Shown here: positions 11,159-24,600 of the stretch, piece by piece
How the letters are laid out: every line of letters starts with the position of its first letter
Position numbering within the stretch: position 1 is the first letter of the stretch
Assembly: GCA_038087875.1 (NCBI GenBank)
Contig: CM075989.1
Span: 15,810,001-15,874,000, forward strand
Length of the DNA: 64,000 nucleotides
Source: Malacoraja senta
Taxonomy: Eukaryota
Reading direction: 5' to 3'
Program-made: the position numbers and the translations under genes
The notes under the pieces: generated by a model
The model's database searches: none
What the model saw: the letters and a program-made list of their open reading frames with translations, nothing else
Told to the model about the DNA's origin: nothing

Positions 11159-12097
11159 AATGATAATGGCAAGAGAACATATGCCATCTCCACGTGTTGG
11201 AATCTATAATCCTCGAGAACGTTTCCTGCATGAAGCTTTTTGGTTTTCCACGTCATCCCTCCATGCAGTGGTGGAGGGAGTGAATGTTTTGGAAGAAGAC
11301 TGGTCTACTGACCAAGTGGACTGTTGTGCCCTGAGCAGTCTTAAGCTTCTCGAATGTCGTTGGATTTGCTCCCATCTAGGCAGTGGGGAAATATTTCCCA
11401 TATCAACCTGTTGATGGTGGTAAGGCTTTGAGAAGTCACTCACTGCCTACTTATTTTTCTCGAGCTTTATTTTTTCAGTCTCATCCTTTTCCTTATTGTG
11501 CTTTCAACGATTCATTGATCCGGAAAAATGAGAGATGACAGCGGGGAAATGCAGTACACCTAGGCAGTACACAAACGTCGCCACGTTTTGGCACAGACAA
11601 AGTTACAAAAGTTCACAGAATATTCTTGATTGCAGAGGATTTGAAAGAATCAAAATAAGTCTATTGGGGAGAGGTTTGCATTTAGCGATCCATTCGCTGC
11701 CCAACATTTGCTTCCACTGACTTCAATTAGGCCAAATCTGTGGAAATGAGTACAGATGGCAGCTCGCACGGTCAGTGCTGGCCACCTAACGCGTGTGACA
11801 TCCCAAAGGGTGAATAAATCGGCAAGAATCGATGATTCCAGTTTGGTTCTTTTTGTTCAGGCTTTCTTTCGAGAAAATTCAATGCAAATCCCAGAACCTA
11901 CAAAACGGTGCAGCATTATTTTCCTTTGACTTCGTGGAGCCTGGACAAATTTCAGCTTTGAACATGGTAATAATTTTTAAATGTGACACCGTGGCTTATT
12001 GATGAAGCCAGCACAAGTCCTAGTGAAGAGGGCAGATTAATTGAGCAGTAATGAGGTGATGATGTTAATACACAGTTATGTATTGGTAGGAGACTTA

Positions 12098-13042
12098 AGG
12101 AACTGCAGATGCTGGAGCCTTGCTTAGAACACAAAGCGCTGGAGTCTGGAGAAGGGTCTTGACCTGAAACATTGCCTATCATGTCCTCCAGAGATGCTGC
12201 CTGACTTGCTGAGTTACTCCAGTGCTTTGTATTCTAGTCATAGGGAGATGGGGTTTTAAGATCCAAGTCAGGAGTAAATAAAAGTGAAAGACTGTCTTCT
12301 TATTGAGTGTGAATGGAAGATCAGTGATCCCGATTCTATCACACATCCGAATCCTTCTCAATCTGCCGATTCCCCCTGCATCCTTCAATTCCAGGCCTCT
12401 GAGAATGTTTAGTCCGCTTCCTCACTATTTGACTTCCGTTACAAAGAGATTCAGTTGTTCGTTGCAAAGTGACTCAAAAGTAAGGAGTGCCATATGTTGC
12501 AGATGCGTGGGGTAATGGGACAAGTTGGCGGAATGTCAGTGTTATAGACGTAATCCAGACAATGCTGCATATAGCAAGGATCATATACTCGCACACATAT
12601 CCCACAGCCTGGGGCGGGACCTTTCTTCAGAATCCAGCACTTGGTGTTCTGCATCTACAGTCTCTTGTGTCTCCTTCCAATGAATAACTGAGTATTACCA
12701 TCATCGCCCCATCACTGCTTTATTCATCTGCCGTTTTCACAAGGACTTGTGTGGGCTTCATCACAAAGTCATGGTGTCACATCAAAACATGATATATCAC
12801 GCAGCCTTTTGTCTCCTATATTTCTCTGACCTTTGTCCTCCCATCTACCAGTCCAGCTATCACTTGCTGGCTTTTACCCACCTCCACCTCTCTTCCAGCT
12901 TTCTCCCCCATCAATCTTGAAGAATAGTCCCAACCAGAAAATTTGCCAATCCATGCCCTCCAGAGATGCTGCCTGTCCCGCTGAGTTCCTCCAGAATTTT
13001 CTTTTTTTCTCAAGATCCCAGCATCTGCAGTTCTTTGTGTCA
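12098..13042. mobile_element. Cluster of three Penelope-like pLTR remnants (about 12098-12235, 12590-12670, 12815-13042)
   Basis: AGATGCTGCCTG..CGCTGAGTT family motif in both orientations. Confidence 0.6.
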
Positions 13043-13449
13043 ACCTATATTGTTTGTTGGTTCAACGCAAAGCTGAAAGAGACCCAGGTCTCCAAGGAAA
13101 GTCAACACAAACGTGTTCAGCCATTGTAGAGCTGCGGTCAACCAACGATTCAACAATAAGTGAATAGAAAATAAGAGTTATCGAGTTTTATAATGCTGTG
13201 GTGAAACTGCACATTGAATATCACATTTCTTTAACATTCAAGAGGAACATTCAAATGCTGCAGCAAGAGCAAAGGAAACAGAAAGAGCAACGGAGATTTC
13301 TGCTTCAGACGTTCACCTGCTCCAGAGTCCGTTATGAAAAAACAGGGAGAGACCTAAGGTGGAAATTCAATCCCTAATGCATACACTAAACATCAATGTA
13401 AAGAGGTGGTGTGCATCTAGAATGTTTGTGTCTAGATTCTATGTTTCCA

Positions 13450-13772
13450 CTAGTGGGAGAAATATAGGACTACATAGCCTCAGAATTAAAGGATGTTCCT
13501 TTAGGAAGGAGGCGAGGAGGAATTTCTGTAGTCAGGGAGTGTGAATCTGTGGAATTATTTGCTACAGAAGTCTGTGGAGGCCAAGTCAATGGATATTTTT
13601 AAGGCAGAGATAGATAAATTATTTTTTAGTATGGGTGTGAGGGGTTACGGGGAGAAGGCAGGAGTACGGGGATGGGAGGAAGAGATAGATCAGCCATGAT
13701 TGAATGGCGGAGCAGACTCGATGGGCCGAATGGTCTAATTACGCTCCTATCACTTACGATCGTATGACCTTA
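13450..13772 (+). mobile_element. CR1 LINE 3' fragment
   Basis: Encodes GLHSLRIKGCSFRKEARRNF; GATGGGCCGAATGG tail. Confidence 0.75.
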
Positions 13773-16700
13773 GAACAGAGGATAATCTTCTACAACACAG
13801 ATTTTAGATGAGTGTTTTTATAGAGTGCGTTAGATCGCTGAGATAAAGTAAACTCAAGAGGTTATATCAAATTGCAAGAGTACAATAGGGTATACAGGTG
13901 TCAAAGAGGAACAGGCTTCTTTTAATTCTTTACACAGGATGAATTATGTGATATAAGCATCCACAAAGTATGGTGGAAGTGGAAGCTCTGGGAGTACTTA
14001 GGAGACATTTGGATGTAGCATCAGGGAGTTTAATAATCTCTCTGGATTAAGATGAACTGTAATAACTTTTCTATTCACGATTACCGTAATAGGATCAACA
14101 GGCCTTTTCTTAACAAACCACACAGGTAAATTATTAGCGTTCTGATCTCATTACATCTGCTATCCAAACAGGCATGCAAACATTTTCTATTTCACAACTT
14201 ATTGAAAATAACAATGACTGATCACAGATATCTTAACAAAACAAAACCTTTATTAGCTGCAGGATGAATTGCTAAAATGTTCAGTTCTATTTCTGGGTAT
14301 ACTCAAATAACCAAATATTTATGCAGGCTTTTCTATGCTTACATTATTTGCACTTCACTTCTAGCATGATAAAAGTTAAGATATTGAGCAGTTAATGGAT
14401 TTTAATACATTGCAATAAAAATTATTAATAATATTTAGCCGGAGGGAAGGATCCAATCTGAAAATGTAATCATAAGTTGCTCGTGGGGATTAAATGTGAC
14501 AGGGGCTCAGAGATTGGTGTTCAGTATGCAGTTGCCAGAACTAAGTGCACCCATTACACTTTCATCGAATTATAGTTCTGGGGGAAGGAGGGATGGAAGA
14601 TCTAATCACCAAACTCTGTATTTAATAAGCATATAGTGAATAATATCTACAATAGTCTCCACATTCAAAACTGCTCTATTCCTTTAATGCACACAGCTCG
14701 GGTAAAGGGAAAGAGATTTGAATCAGATACTGGAGTCCAATCTCCCGTAAGAGGAGTATTTATATTGGATTTGTCACAACCAATACAACTCAACTGATTT
14801 CTGTTCTAATGCATTGTCACATTTTTAGGCGAATTGCTTTCACATAATTTTAACACTCCGATACCAAATGTATCTTGTTTTTTTTTTAATGAAAAACAGC
14901 ATAGAAAATAAATTTATATATTCATAGTACATAATTGTATATACATGATTTCAAAACTGCAATACAGTTAACAAAAAGAAAGTTGCAGTCATTCAATCAG
15001 TGTATAAAAGTTTACGGATTTACACGTTATTGCTTTTGTTGTGACATCAACCATAGGTGACTTAAAATAGAGAAACTAAAAGACACAAATGGTGAACCTT
15101 GGCAAAATTAATGCTCAGCTTTCATATGAGCGCAGTGAAAGGTATGAAATAAAATATTAGATTAACATTCCTTGCGATTATAGCAAAACAACACAATATG
15201 TCAAAAGCACAATATCCTTTAAATCACAGTTTTATTAACAGATAGATGTATATGAATTTACATAAAATTCCCCTGTTCATTGTTTTAATAGACATGTTAA
15301 CCGGATTTTTAACAGCTGGGTTTTCTGGAGATGGTGAAAGGTAACCTCATTGAGATTTTCAGATGGTTTGATCGGGTAGATGGTGAGAGTTGGAGAGTCT
15401 AGATCCAAGGCCATAGCATCAGGAAAGAGCTCATCCACTTAGGACTGTGATGAGAAGTTCTCTATTCCGGATGGCTGTGGGTATGGCGATCCATTTTGGA
15501 GCATCAACAGAATCAGTAGACATGGAATTAGGAATTAATGTGTAAATTCAGGCAAAACATTCATTTGATGGCAGAGCAGGTGCAATAAAAGAGAGCACAT
15601 TGCTCTTATTTCCCAAGTGTTTTGATAAAATATAGGATTGAGCAATGTCCTATGGCTATATACTCATTGAGATAAAATCATCAATAATAAAAGTGATCTA
15701 TTTAAAGCAGACACATGTTTCTGAGTACTTTGGTATCGTCCCATTTCATATCATATATTATGTGATTTGTTTTTTGGCTCTTATTTCAGGTTCTGCATTG
15801 ATTAGGAAGCTTTATTTCTATATGTGCTGCACGTTGCCTCATTACTTAACCCTTGTTGTTCAACAACCCAGTGACAGAAATTCCATTTCAGTAGCAGAGT
15901 ACCGTCATGTAGTTGGGATTAGAATACACATCTAGCACAAGCAACAGAGCCATAGTCCTATTCCATAGTAATTTATAAGGGGTGTTGATATATATTGTTG
16001 TGGCATTGATTTAATTAATGGTTGGTATCGGGCACAGAGTTGGGTGACTGGGGTACTGTGTGTTGCTTAGGATGCATCATTCAATGGTGTTGAGCTTTCC
16101 AATGCCTCCAAGGCCTGGGTTTTATTCTACGTGGCAAAGCAATGTTTAATCACCAACATCACAATATCACAGACTACACTGAAAGAGAATGTGGCATGTT
16201 TCTGAAGGAATCATCGTTTTAATATAAACCTTGCTGGCCTTGTCCTTGGAGAAAGTATAGAATCATGCACTACTTTCATTACAACAACATTCAAAAGACA
16301 TTTAGGAAGGGGTACATGGACTGGGTAGGTTTAGAGGGATATGGGCTGAACACAGGCAGGTGGGACTAGCATAGATGGGACAGCTTGGTTGGCATAGGGA
16401 AGCTGAGCTGAGAGGCCGGTTTCTGTGCTGTTTGGTTCTCTGCCTCTATAATGCCGTTTAGAGGTGAATGCTGCAAAGAGGTGATGAATTGTAATGTACC
16501 CATCAGAGGTGAGTGCATACAATTGCTGAACAAGTTCACAAAAGACAATGCCTTGGTGAGGTGCGGCCTGGGGTTTGGTGACATCACTCATGGGCTGCTC
16601 ATTGAAACTCCATAAATAAATGATGGTTGGATGGTTTTCCAGGAGATATGTTTAAAGTTGCACATGCAGAGAATACTTCATTGGAAGTAACAGTGTATGA

Positions 16701-17639
16701 AACACTTCAGTGTTTACATCTTATGTTTTTGCGTGGGACGAATCGGGAAAGTCAACCTTACTGTTACTGGGCACGGTGGAATTAGTAGATTTTATTTAAC
16801 CTGGTGATAATTAGTACATGTCTCCCATTACCACCACTTTGCCGTCTGGCGACATGTTACAAAGAAAGCCAACAATTTGCTATCATTTGCCTGTTATCAG
16901 ACACAGAAAAATGCTGTCCGAACTCTGAGGCGAGGTGTGGGTGAGGTGGGAAGCAGAAGTCTTAGCTCAGACTCGCACTGAGCTTGAGTACAGGCCAGCG
17001 GTGGAGCCTCTTTGCACACAGTGAACGACGGCCTTTCACATGGTTACTCTGTGGCTGAGCCGCCCGCCTGACATGAGAGAGCCAGAGCCAGCCTCAGAAC
17101 CCGCCTGCACCATCGACGGCAAACAGTGCAAGGATACGGTCTCAGAGTGATATCAGAACAGGGGGACTGCAGCAGGCAGGGACATTTCAACATGCTGCGG
17201 ATTGAAAAGGTAACTCGACCTTTAGTTCTTCAGGTTGATCAATTTGTGACCATAGGGAGTTGTTCAGCCCAGTGACAGAGACATCTTTAGTCAGCACAGC
17301 ATGGCAAGGGATACAAGCATGAGATCACCGTGTGAGGGGCAGCGGCAGAGAGGGCCTCAGGTGGGGCATAAGCTCACCAATGCAACTACGAGGCTGAGTC
17401 ACCCTGTTTCTGTGCTGCTAGCAGTACTTTTATGGAAAAGTACATTTAAACTAAACACAAGGCTGCCGATCGAACTGGGACCAACAACTGCAGCATTTAC
17501 AAACTCCAAGTGGACACATGGGGGTGCAAGGGTAGATGCAGTCTAAGGCACGACCCCAGTCATGCAGTGAGATGGATCACTTCCAACATCTCCAGGAGAT
17601 GGGTGGCAGCTGAACCCTGGTGGGTCCAGTTCTACCCTA

Positions 17640-17815
17640 AACTGGATGTTTTCAAGAGAGAGTTAGATGTAGCTTTTAGGCCTAACGGAATCAAGGGATA
17701 TGGGGAGAGAGCAGGAACGGGGTACTGATTTTGGATGATCAGCCGTGATCATATTGAATTACTGGCTCGAATGGCCGAATGGCCTACTCCTGCACCTATT
17801 TTCCATGTTTCTAAA
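17640..17815 (+). mobile_element. CR1 LINE 3' fragment
   Basis: Encodes LDVFKRELDVAF..GIKGYGERAGTGY*; CR1 tail. Confidence 0.75.
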
Positions 17816-18619
17816 TCTCCCTCCCTCCAACACACCCCTTCCCTGACTCCGGATTCTCTCGGTCTCCTTGTCTTTTCCAGAGAAGAGCAACAATTGGCTT
17901 TCATGAGTTGAGGAGTTGAGTTCCCAGTCTGAGCTCGCCATAGTGTTGAGCAGACTTCCAGCTCTCAGTAACTTTGTCATCGCGGGCAGAGTCTGTGAGG
18001 AATGGCCAATGGGCTGAAGCAAACCACCACTAGATGTTGGTATCTGGGCTGCCGACAGAACCGCTCGGAGATCTTCCCAAGTTCAAGTGGTTCTCTTGGG
18101 ACGTTTTGGTTTTCGTCCACGTGGAGCTTAGGCTTTTCCCACTTTTTACGGAAGAGCAAAGGTGGTGGATGCCACCCTGACCTCACCCTCACTTACCTCT
18201 GGGCTGCTCCCAGCAACCTACCTGGCATCAGAGGACACACTCTCATTTTCAACAGGCATTGTTTACCCTCCGTGGCAAGTCCCAACTTGATGGAAAGAAA
18301 TAAGAATTTGTCCGGCAGCTCCCAGTGTTGTGTGGGTCCATGGTCTGCAAGGCCCCACCAACTACAGATTACTCAAGGCTAAAATTGATCAAAGGGGAAC
18401 CATGTAATGAATGCACTCGGGGGAATTTGCTGAGATTATTGTATTTTCTTCAAATACACAGTATTTGTGGTACATATACATTCACTAGTATATATTTTTT
18501 TACATTTTATAAGATAAAGCTTCAACCATATGCTGCACAACCACTGTTGTGTGTGTTTGTCTTGCTGGTAAATGAGAGGATTCACTGTGTCCATGGCCAA
18601 GTCTGGCCTCGAAGCTCTC

Positions 18620-18692
18620 TTAAGAATTCTTCTGTTGGATTTTGACAGTCACGGTTTTGATTTCAGTGTATTCCTTTAGTCCATATTCTCCC
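18620..18692 (-). CDS. ALDH1A2: ALDH1A2 exon 13, coding part ([23 protein letters not shown])
   Basis: CAG acceptor at 18693-18695, TAA stop at 18620-18622. Confidence 0.95.
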
Positions 18693-21600
18693 CTGCAAAT
18701 ACAAATCCATTTTGCATCACCAGAGTGACTGAGTTAATGCGATTAACAGTATTAAGAAAAATATTTGAAATGTTTCCATAGTTTAAGATTTACCCATTGT
18801 TTAATTTTTTACGTTTAGCAGAGGAAGTGTCTGCAGAAATTCAACAGCACACTTTGGTGAGAAACTCGGTGTTCTGAAATCTGAGTCTATAAACCTACTT
18901 ACATTTCTCGACCATTGCCAGACATTTTAAATCCTCCAAAGGGACTCTGGACATTTAAGGCATTGTAACAATTAATCCTGCAATAAAGAAAGAATGAATT
19001 TAATTTGAATTCAATTACTTTTCCTAGAAACGTTTTCAACTACAAAGTCGACAAGCAAGACTGCTGGAGAAAGACTGAAGGATGATTTGGAGCAGTATTC
19101 ACAGGAGGGTTTGGCACATGACAGTGAATTTAATTGGGACAGACAAGCAAAATCTGGAAATCTGTAATCTGTGAAGAGGGCACACACCGCAAAGAAAAAG
19201 CAGAACCAACTCAAACTAATCAGAATAGATAGCAACTCTAAACTTAAATCATGTCACATTTTTGTCCTCTTCCAAAACCTTAATGAAAAGTTGCCCTGTG
19301 TCAGAAATTATAGTATAGTGCAAAGGATTCAGTTCTTGGAATAATTCCCGTTCCTTGAAATTCCCTGGTGCTAAGCCAAGATTTCTAAAATATGAGTAAA
19401 TTTGGAGCACACTATTAACGAGTCTGTGATTTGATATTTTCAGCCCAACTAAAGATGCTTCCAAAATGACCTGATGCACGTTTTCCTTCCAATTGTTTTC
19501 CACATGGCTAATTTTTTAATTAGCCACAATCCCCCGATGAAGTGATGGGATCTGTGTGTCTCTGGGTGTGCGTGTGAGTGAGGCAATGTGTTCTGGTGTG
19601 CATGTCAATGCTTTTATTGGTCCATTCATTAGCAGTCCAATAATCAAATTTTGAACCATTGAAATTGACTCCCAAGTTTAGCATTTTATTTCTAATTGCT
19701 ATTGCGCTCTTTACTAATTTCAACTTTTCCAATTTTGCACCACTGGTTCTGGGAAGAGATAACTTGTATGTGGAAGTACAGTGATATTTTATGTCACTAC
19801 GTTTCCCTTCCTTTGTATTCAATCATGTCTGATCAGCAAACTTCCAGTCCCTCCCTCAAACGCCCATTCCAGAGGGTAACCTTAGATCCTCCGGGGGGGG
19901 GGGGGGGGGGGGAGGGGGGGGGGGAGGGAACCAAATGGAATTGGTTGCAGCTGGCTTCTGAGCATAAAACTGAACAGAAAACAACCCAAGTCAGGGCAGG
20001 AAGGGCCAATAAAATTTAAATCAAGTTGTGCGCCTCACCACACCCCACCCCTACCCACAAGCCCATCTGTATCTCAGCTAACATTACGTCAGTGAATTAC
20101 TCTGCTTCATACTCTTCTTGCACGCATTACATTGTCCACTCAGTCACCAAGGGAGCAACAGAGACATTGACTAATTGCCTTGCATTGCTAAAGCCCAAGG
20201 CAATGGACCTTGGATGAAATAGATGTGCGACAACAAGATCAGAATAAAATTCATAGAGCAAATCTAACATACAAAATAAACGGGTCGTGCTCTGCAACTT
20301 ATATACAAACAATCTTCTCACATAATGTTACATATCCCGGAATCTGTTAACCTTGAATAAAACACACGATCGTACTTGACATCTGATTGAGCTGACGGAG
20401 GTAGGCACTGTTGTGGAGGTTGGAAACCATCTGAGGCAGGAGGCCTGCCAGCGACTGGTGCCAGCAACAGCCCTGGCAGCAGCCTGCACTGCAGCAAGGT
20501 TGCCAAGTTTCGAAAGTAGTGAGCGAGGCAGAAGCACACCAACTGACTTGGACAGCTTGAATCCATTGTTCAGCGACGGTTCCCCGCACACTGTATCAGA
20601 AATCCACACTCTTCTCAAAATAAGGACGTGTTAGGAAGGCAGCAACAGATTTCAGGAGGACATCGACAGACCGCTCAAACACATGGGAGATAAAATTAAA
20701 AGCAGAGAAGTGTGAAGTAATGCATTTTGCAAGGAAGAGTCAGGGAGACTAATATATACTGAATGGCGCATTGTTAAAGGGGTGCAGAAACAGAGAGACG
20801 GGACTCTGATACAGACACACACATACAAATCTTTGGAAGCTAAAGAATAAGTTGGAGGTTATTCCAAAAACATACAGCTGTAGAAACAGAGTATAATATT
20901 AAGGTAATAGAGTATAATATGAAGAAATGGTAAACCTGGCTGCGAAATTGGTGGACTCAGCCCTCTCCATAGAAAGCATCTACATGAAGTGCTGCCTCAA
21001 GATCACAGCATCTATCAACAAGGTTCCCCACCACTAGGGCAATGCTCTCTGCAATACTGCTACCATCAGGTAAGAGGTACCTGAAGTCCCATATCACCAG
21101 GCTCAGCAAAGAGTTACTTTCCTACAACTACTAGCTTCTTGAACCACCCTGCGGAACCTGTGTTATCTTTTCAATTTTGCTTTGCGTCAGTGCCTTGTTT
21201 TTTGTTTGCGCAGTCTTTTTCTTTTCACTGTCTTGTAAAATTTACATGTAATTTATGTATAATTTAAGGATTTGTGTGTTGTCGGAGTCTATGTGAAGCT
21301 GTTGCAAACAAGATTTTCAATGTACTTGTACTGCACAGTACTTGAGCATATGATAATAAACGTGACTTGGCTGGACTTGATAAGTCACTGTTGTGTCCTG
21401 TTTCTGGGCCATCGCAGTGTCAAGACCAGGATGCTGATTTATTGGGAATATTAAGGATGAGTGAACAGAAATAGGTTCAGGAGGATTTAATTTAAATTTA
21501 AGGATTAAATAGGGAGATATTCTTTCCATTGGAAAGAAGATTGGCAACCAGAGAACACTGATTTAAGATATCCGTCAAAACAGTGACTGGAGAGGTGAGA

Positions 21601-24600
21601 ATCATTTTACATAGTGAGTGTGTGTGTTAGGTTTGGGAAGCATTGGTTGAAAGAGCTTAGATATAGGCCTTTCAGCCCATTGAATCTGTGATATTCCCCT
21701 TGATCCTTTCACATAACCTTGTGAAAACAGATGCAGATATTATTCATTTTGTAAGTGAAATATTTGCAGGATTATGAAGACATCACAGGTTCAATGCGTT
21801 GATTGGCCTAAATTCCAATGGGATCGGTTGGTATAAATTGGTAATGTTGCATTTGGCTTCCCTTGTTTTCGAAGGTAAATACGTATTGCTATTGGAAATG
21901 TAGCTCACAATGCTGCTATCTTCCTTAATAATGAATTCATTGATTACTTGTCGTCTATGTTAAAACTAAACATTTGCTGAATCGTTAATGTGTTGGAATT
22001 CTACATTTTGTAAAGGCTCCATTCTGAAGAGAGTACAGTGGTAGGGAGCTCAATGAAAGGTTTCCCAGTCTGTGCTCCTGGTAGGCAACACATGAACAAA
22101 GCTTTGCAAGATTTACTCCTTTTTGATTCTATGTGGACAGTTGAGTGAATCCATCACATTTGAGCAAAACTATCATGAAATCCTCACAAGCAGAGCTTTC
22201 CTGGACTGATGTGAACAACATTGAGTCATAGTCATACAGCATGGAAACAGGCACTTTGGCCCAACTTGCCCACGCCAACCAACTTGCCCCATCTACACTA
22301 GTCCCACCTGCCTGCATTTGGTTCTTTCTAAACATCCTATCCATGTATCTGTCCAAACGTTTTTTTAAAGTTGTGATAGAACCTGCCTCAACTACCTCCT
22401 CTGGTCCATATATCCATCACCCTTTGTGTAAAAAAGTTGTCTCTCATGTTCCTATTTAATCTCCCCCCCCCCTCACAAACCTAAGTTTGTAAGGGAATCA
22501 AGGATCAGACTGCTCAGGGTAATTAGGTCAATAATCTCATTCAGGACAGTCCCATCTGCACCATGCCAGTGTAGTACAATCGGAACACCATACCCTCTCT
22601 TACCAGACTGTCCCAGCCTGCATTGCCGCAGAAACTGTTAATGCTTTATCAATATCCTTGGTGAAGACAGCGGCTACCAATCCGAACTGCGAATTATTGG
22701 CCCTTTCCACCACTTCTTCCATGGTTTTAAACTTGATAATGAGTTGAACTGGGCCAAAAATCTGAAATAAATAAGTGAAAATGCTCAGAATTAAATGAAA
22801 CTTTGGCAGCAGTGTAGCATTCCGAAGAGTTGCGTTGAATGGCAGAATCTAATCACTTTAAACAGCAATTAGACGGGTGTTTAGACTTTTGTACCTCTTC
22901 CTTTGCTATCCGCATATCATCCGTCACATTTGAAAAGACAGTTGGCTCAATGAAGAAGCCTTTCTTTCCCAGTGATTTACCACCACACTCGAGCTTTGCT
23001 CCCTCAGCAATGCCACTGAGCACAAGTTCAAGGACTTTATCGCATTGTAGTTTGTCAATCTGAAAACAAATGAAATCCTTCAGAGCAGCAATCCATCATC
23101 GCAAGCCAAATGACTGTAGCATTTGGCACGATATCACACCAGATTCTACCTCATGATTCGTGCAGAAATTTATTATCTCATTTCGGAAAAATAAGTGGTG
23201 TATACAACATACCGGAGAAAAAAAAAACATTGTAAAAATAGAACAGCTTTACTCTGTTTCACAATAAACTCAAACGTATATGGTGCTGAAAAATGTAACA
23301 ATACTTTATCAAACTATAAAGAACCATGTATATTGTTCTGTGAAATATGCAACCTTATAACACAGGGCAGAAACAGCCTTATGCCAAGAAGTACAAACAT
23401 CAGAAGTCTGTCTTTCTCTGGAATGTGATGCTAATATTTGCGGAGTTTATTAAGATTAACATTAACTGTTTCCTTCAGATGTTTTTAATGTGATGGATGG
23501 CACAGGATGAACATTGTGTTTTGATTCTCTTTAAACAAAGACCCATGTCCAGAGCTCCTAAAAAACTAAGATACAGCATGATACAAAAATCTCCTCCATA
23601 ATAAAAGTGGATGAATATTGACACAGTCATATTTTTGTTTGCTTTGCTTGAAAAAAAAAAATCTTACTTGGGGCCCTTGCTCAGTGGCCGGATCAAAAGG
23701 GTTTCCTACTGTTCTTCTCTGGGCACGTTCTGTACTTTTTTGGACAAACTCCTCATAGATCGGCTCTTCCACATAGATCCTCGATCCTGCTGTGCAGCAT
23801 TGGCCTTGGTTGAAGAACACTCCCTGATGAGCCTGTTCCACAGCGTAGTCCACTGTGAGAACAAGACAAGAACCCAAAACCAGCATTAGCACTTCTCCTG
23901 TATCTGGAAATGCCAGGAACAGACTGGGCAATAAATTCCAAAGTATCAACATTTTCCCAGCAAATGTTTACAAAAATGGTAAACTGCATTAGTAAATATC
24001 ACGAAAAAAAATTATGAGATTGCAGTACAGCTTTTTTATTTACACCATCAACATCGCATATCTAGGTTGGTACCAAAATACCACTGTATTCCCCAAAGTA
24101 TGAAACGATCTAAGAGATCTTCCTGTCCTTTAAATGCTTGGCAGGAGAAAACAATCGCATTCTTTCTTTATGAGTCCTCCTTGGTCAGCAAATAAATCTA
24201 CTTTATCAGCTGTTTCTCTGTTTACTCCTCCCTAGTCTCCTTTATTCTGTCCAGGGAAGCAGAAGGCAAGGGTTGGCCTGATTGGGGCAACTTTGTCTTA
24301 TTCATTGGAGATACAAGGAAATGCAGACGCTGGTTTACAAAAACCAAATTCAAAGTGCTGGAGGAACACAGCAGGTCAGGCAGCATCTCTGAAGGGCATG
24401 GACAGGCGACACTTGTGGTCAAACTGCTGAATAAGGGCCCCGACCTGAAACGTCACCTACCCACGTCGTCCAGAGATGCAGCCTGACATGCTGAGTTACT
24501 CCAGCACTTTGTGTTTTTTGTTCATCTAACTTTAGCTGGTTTCCTTGTCACATGATGTTTGAGGAGAGGATGCTTAATCTTCATTCAGCTAACGTTTGAG

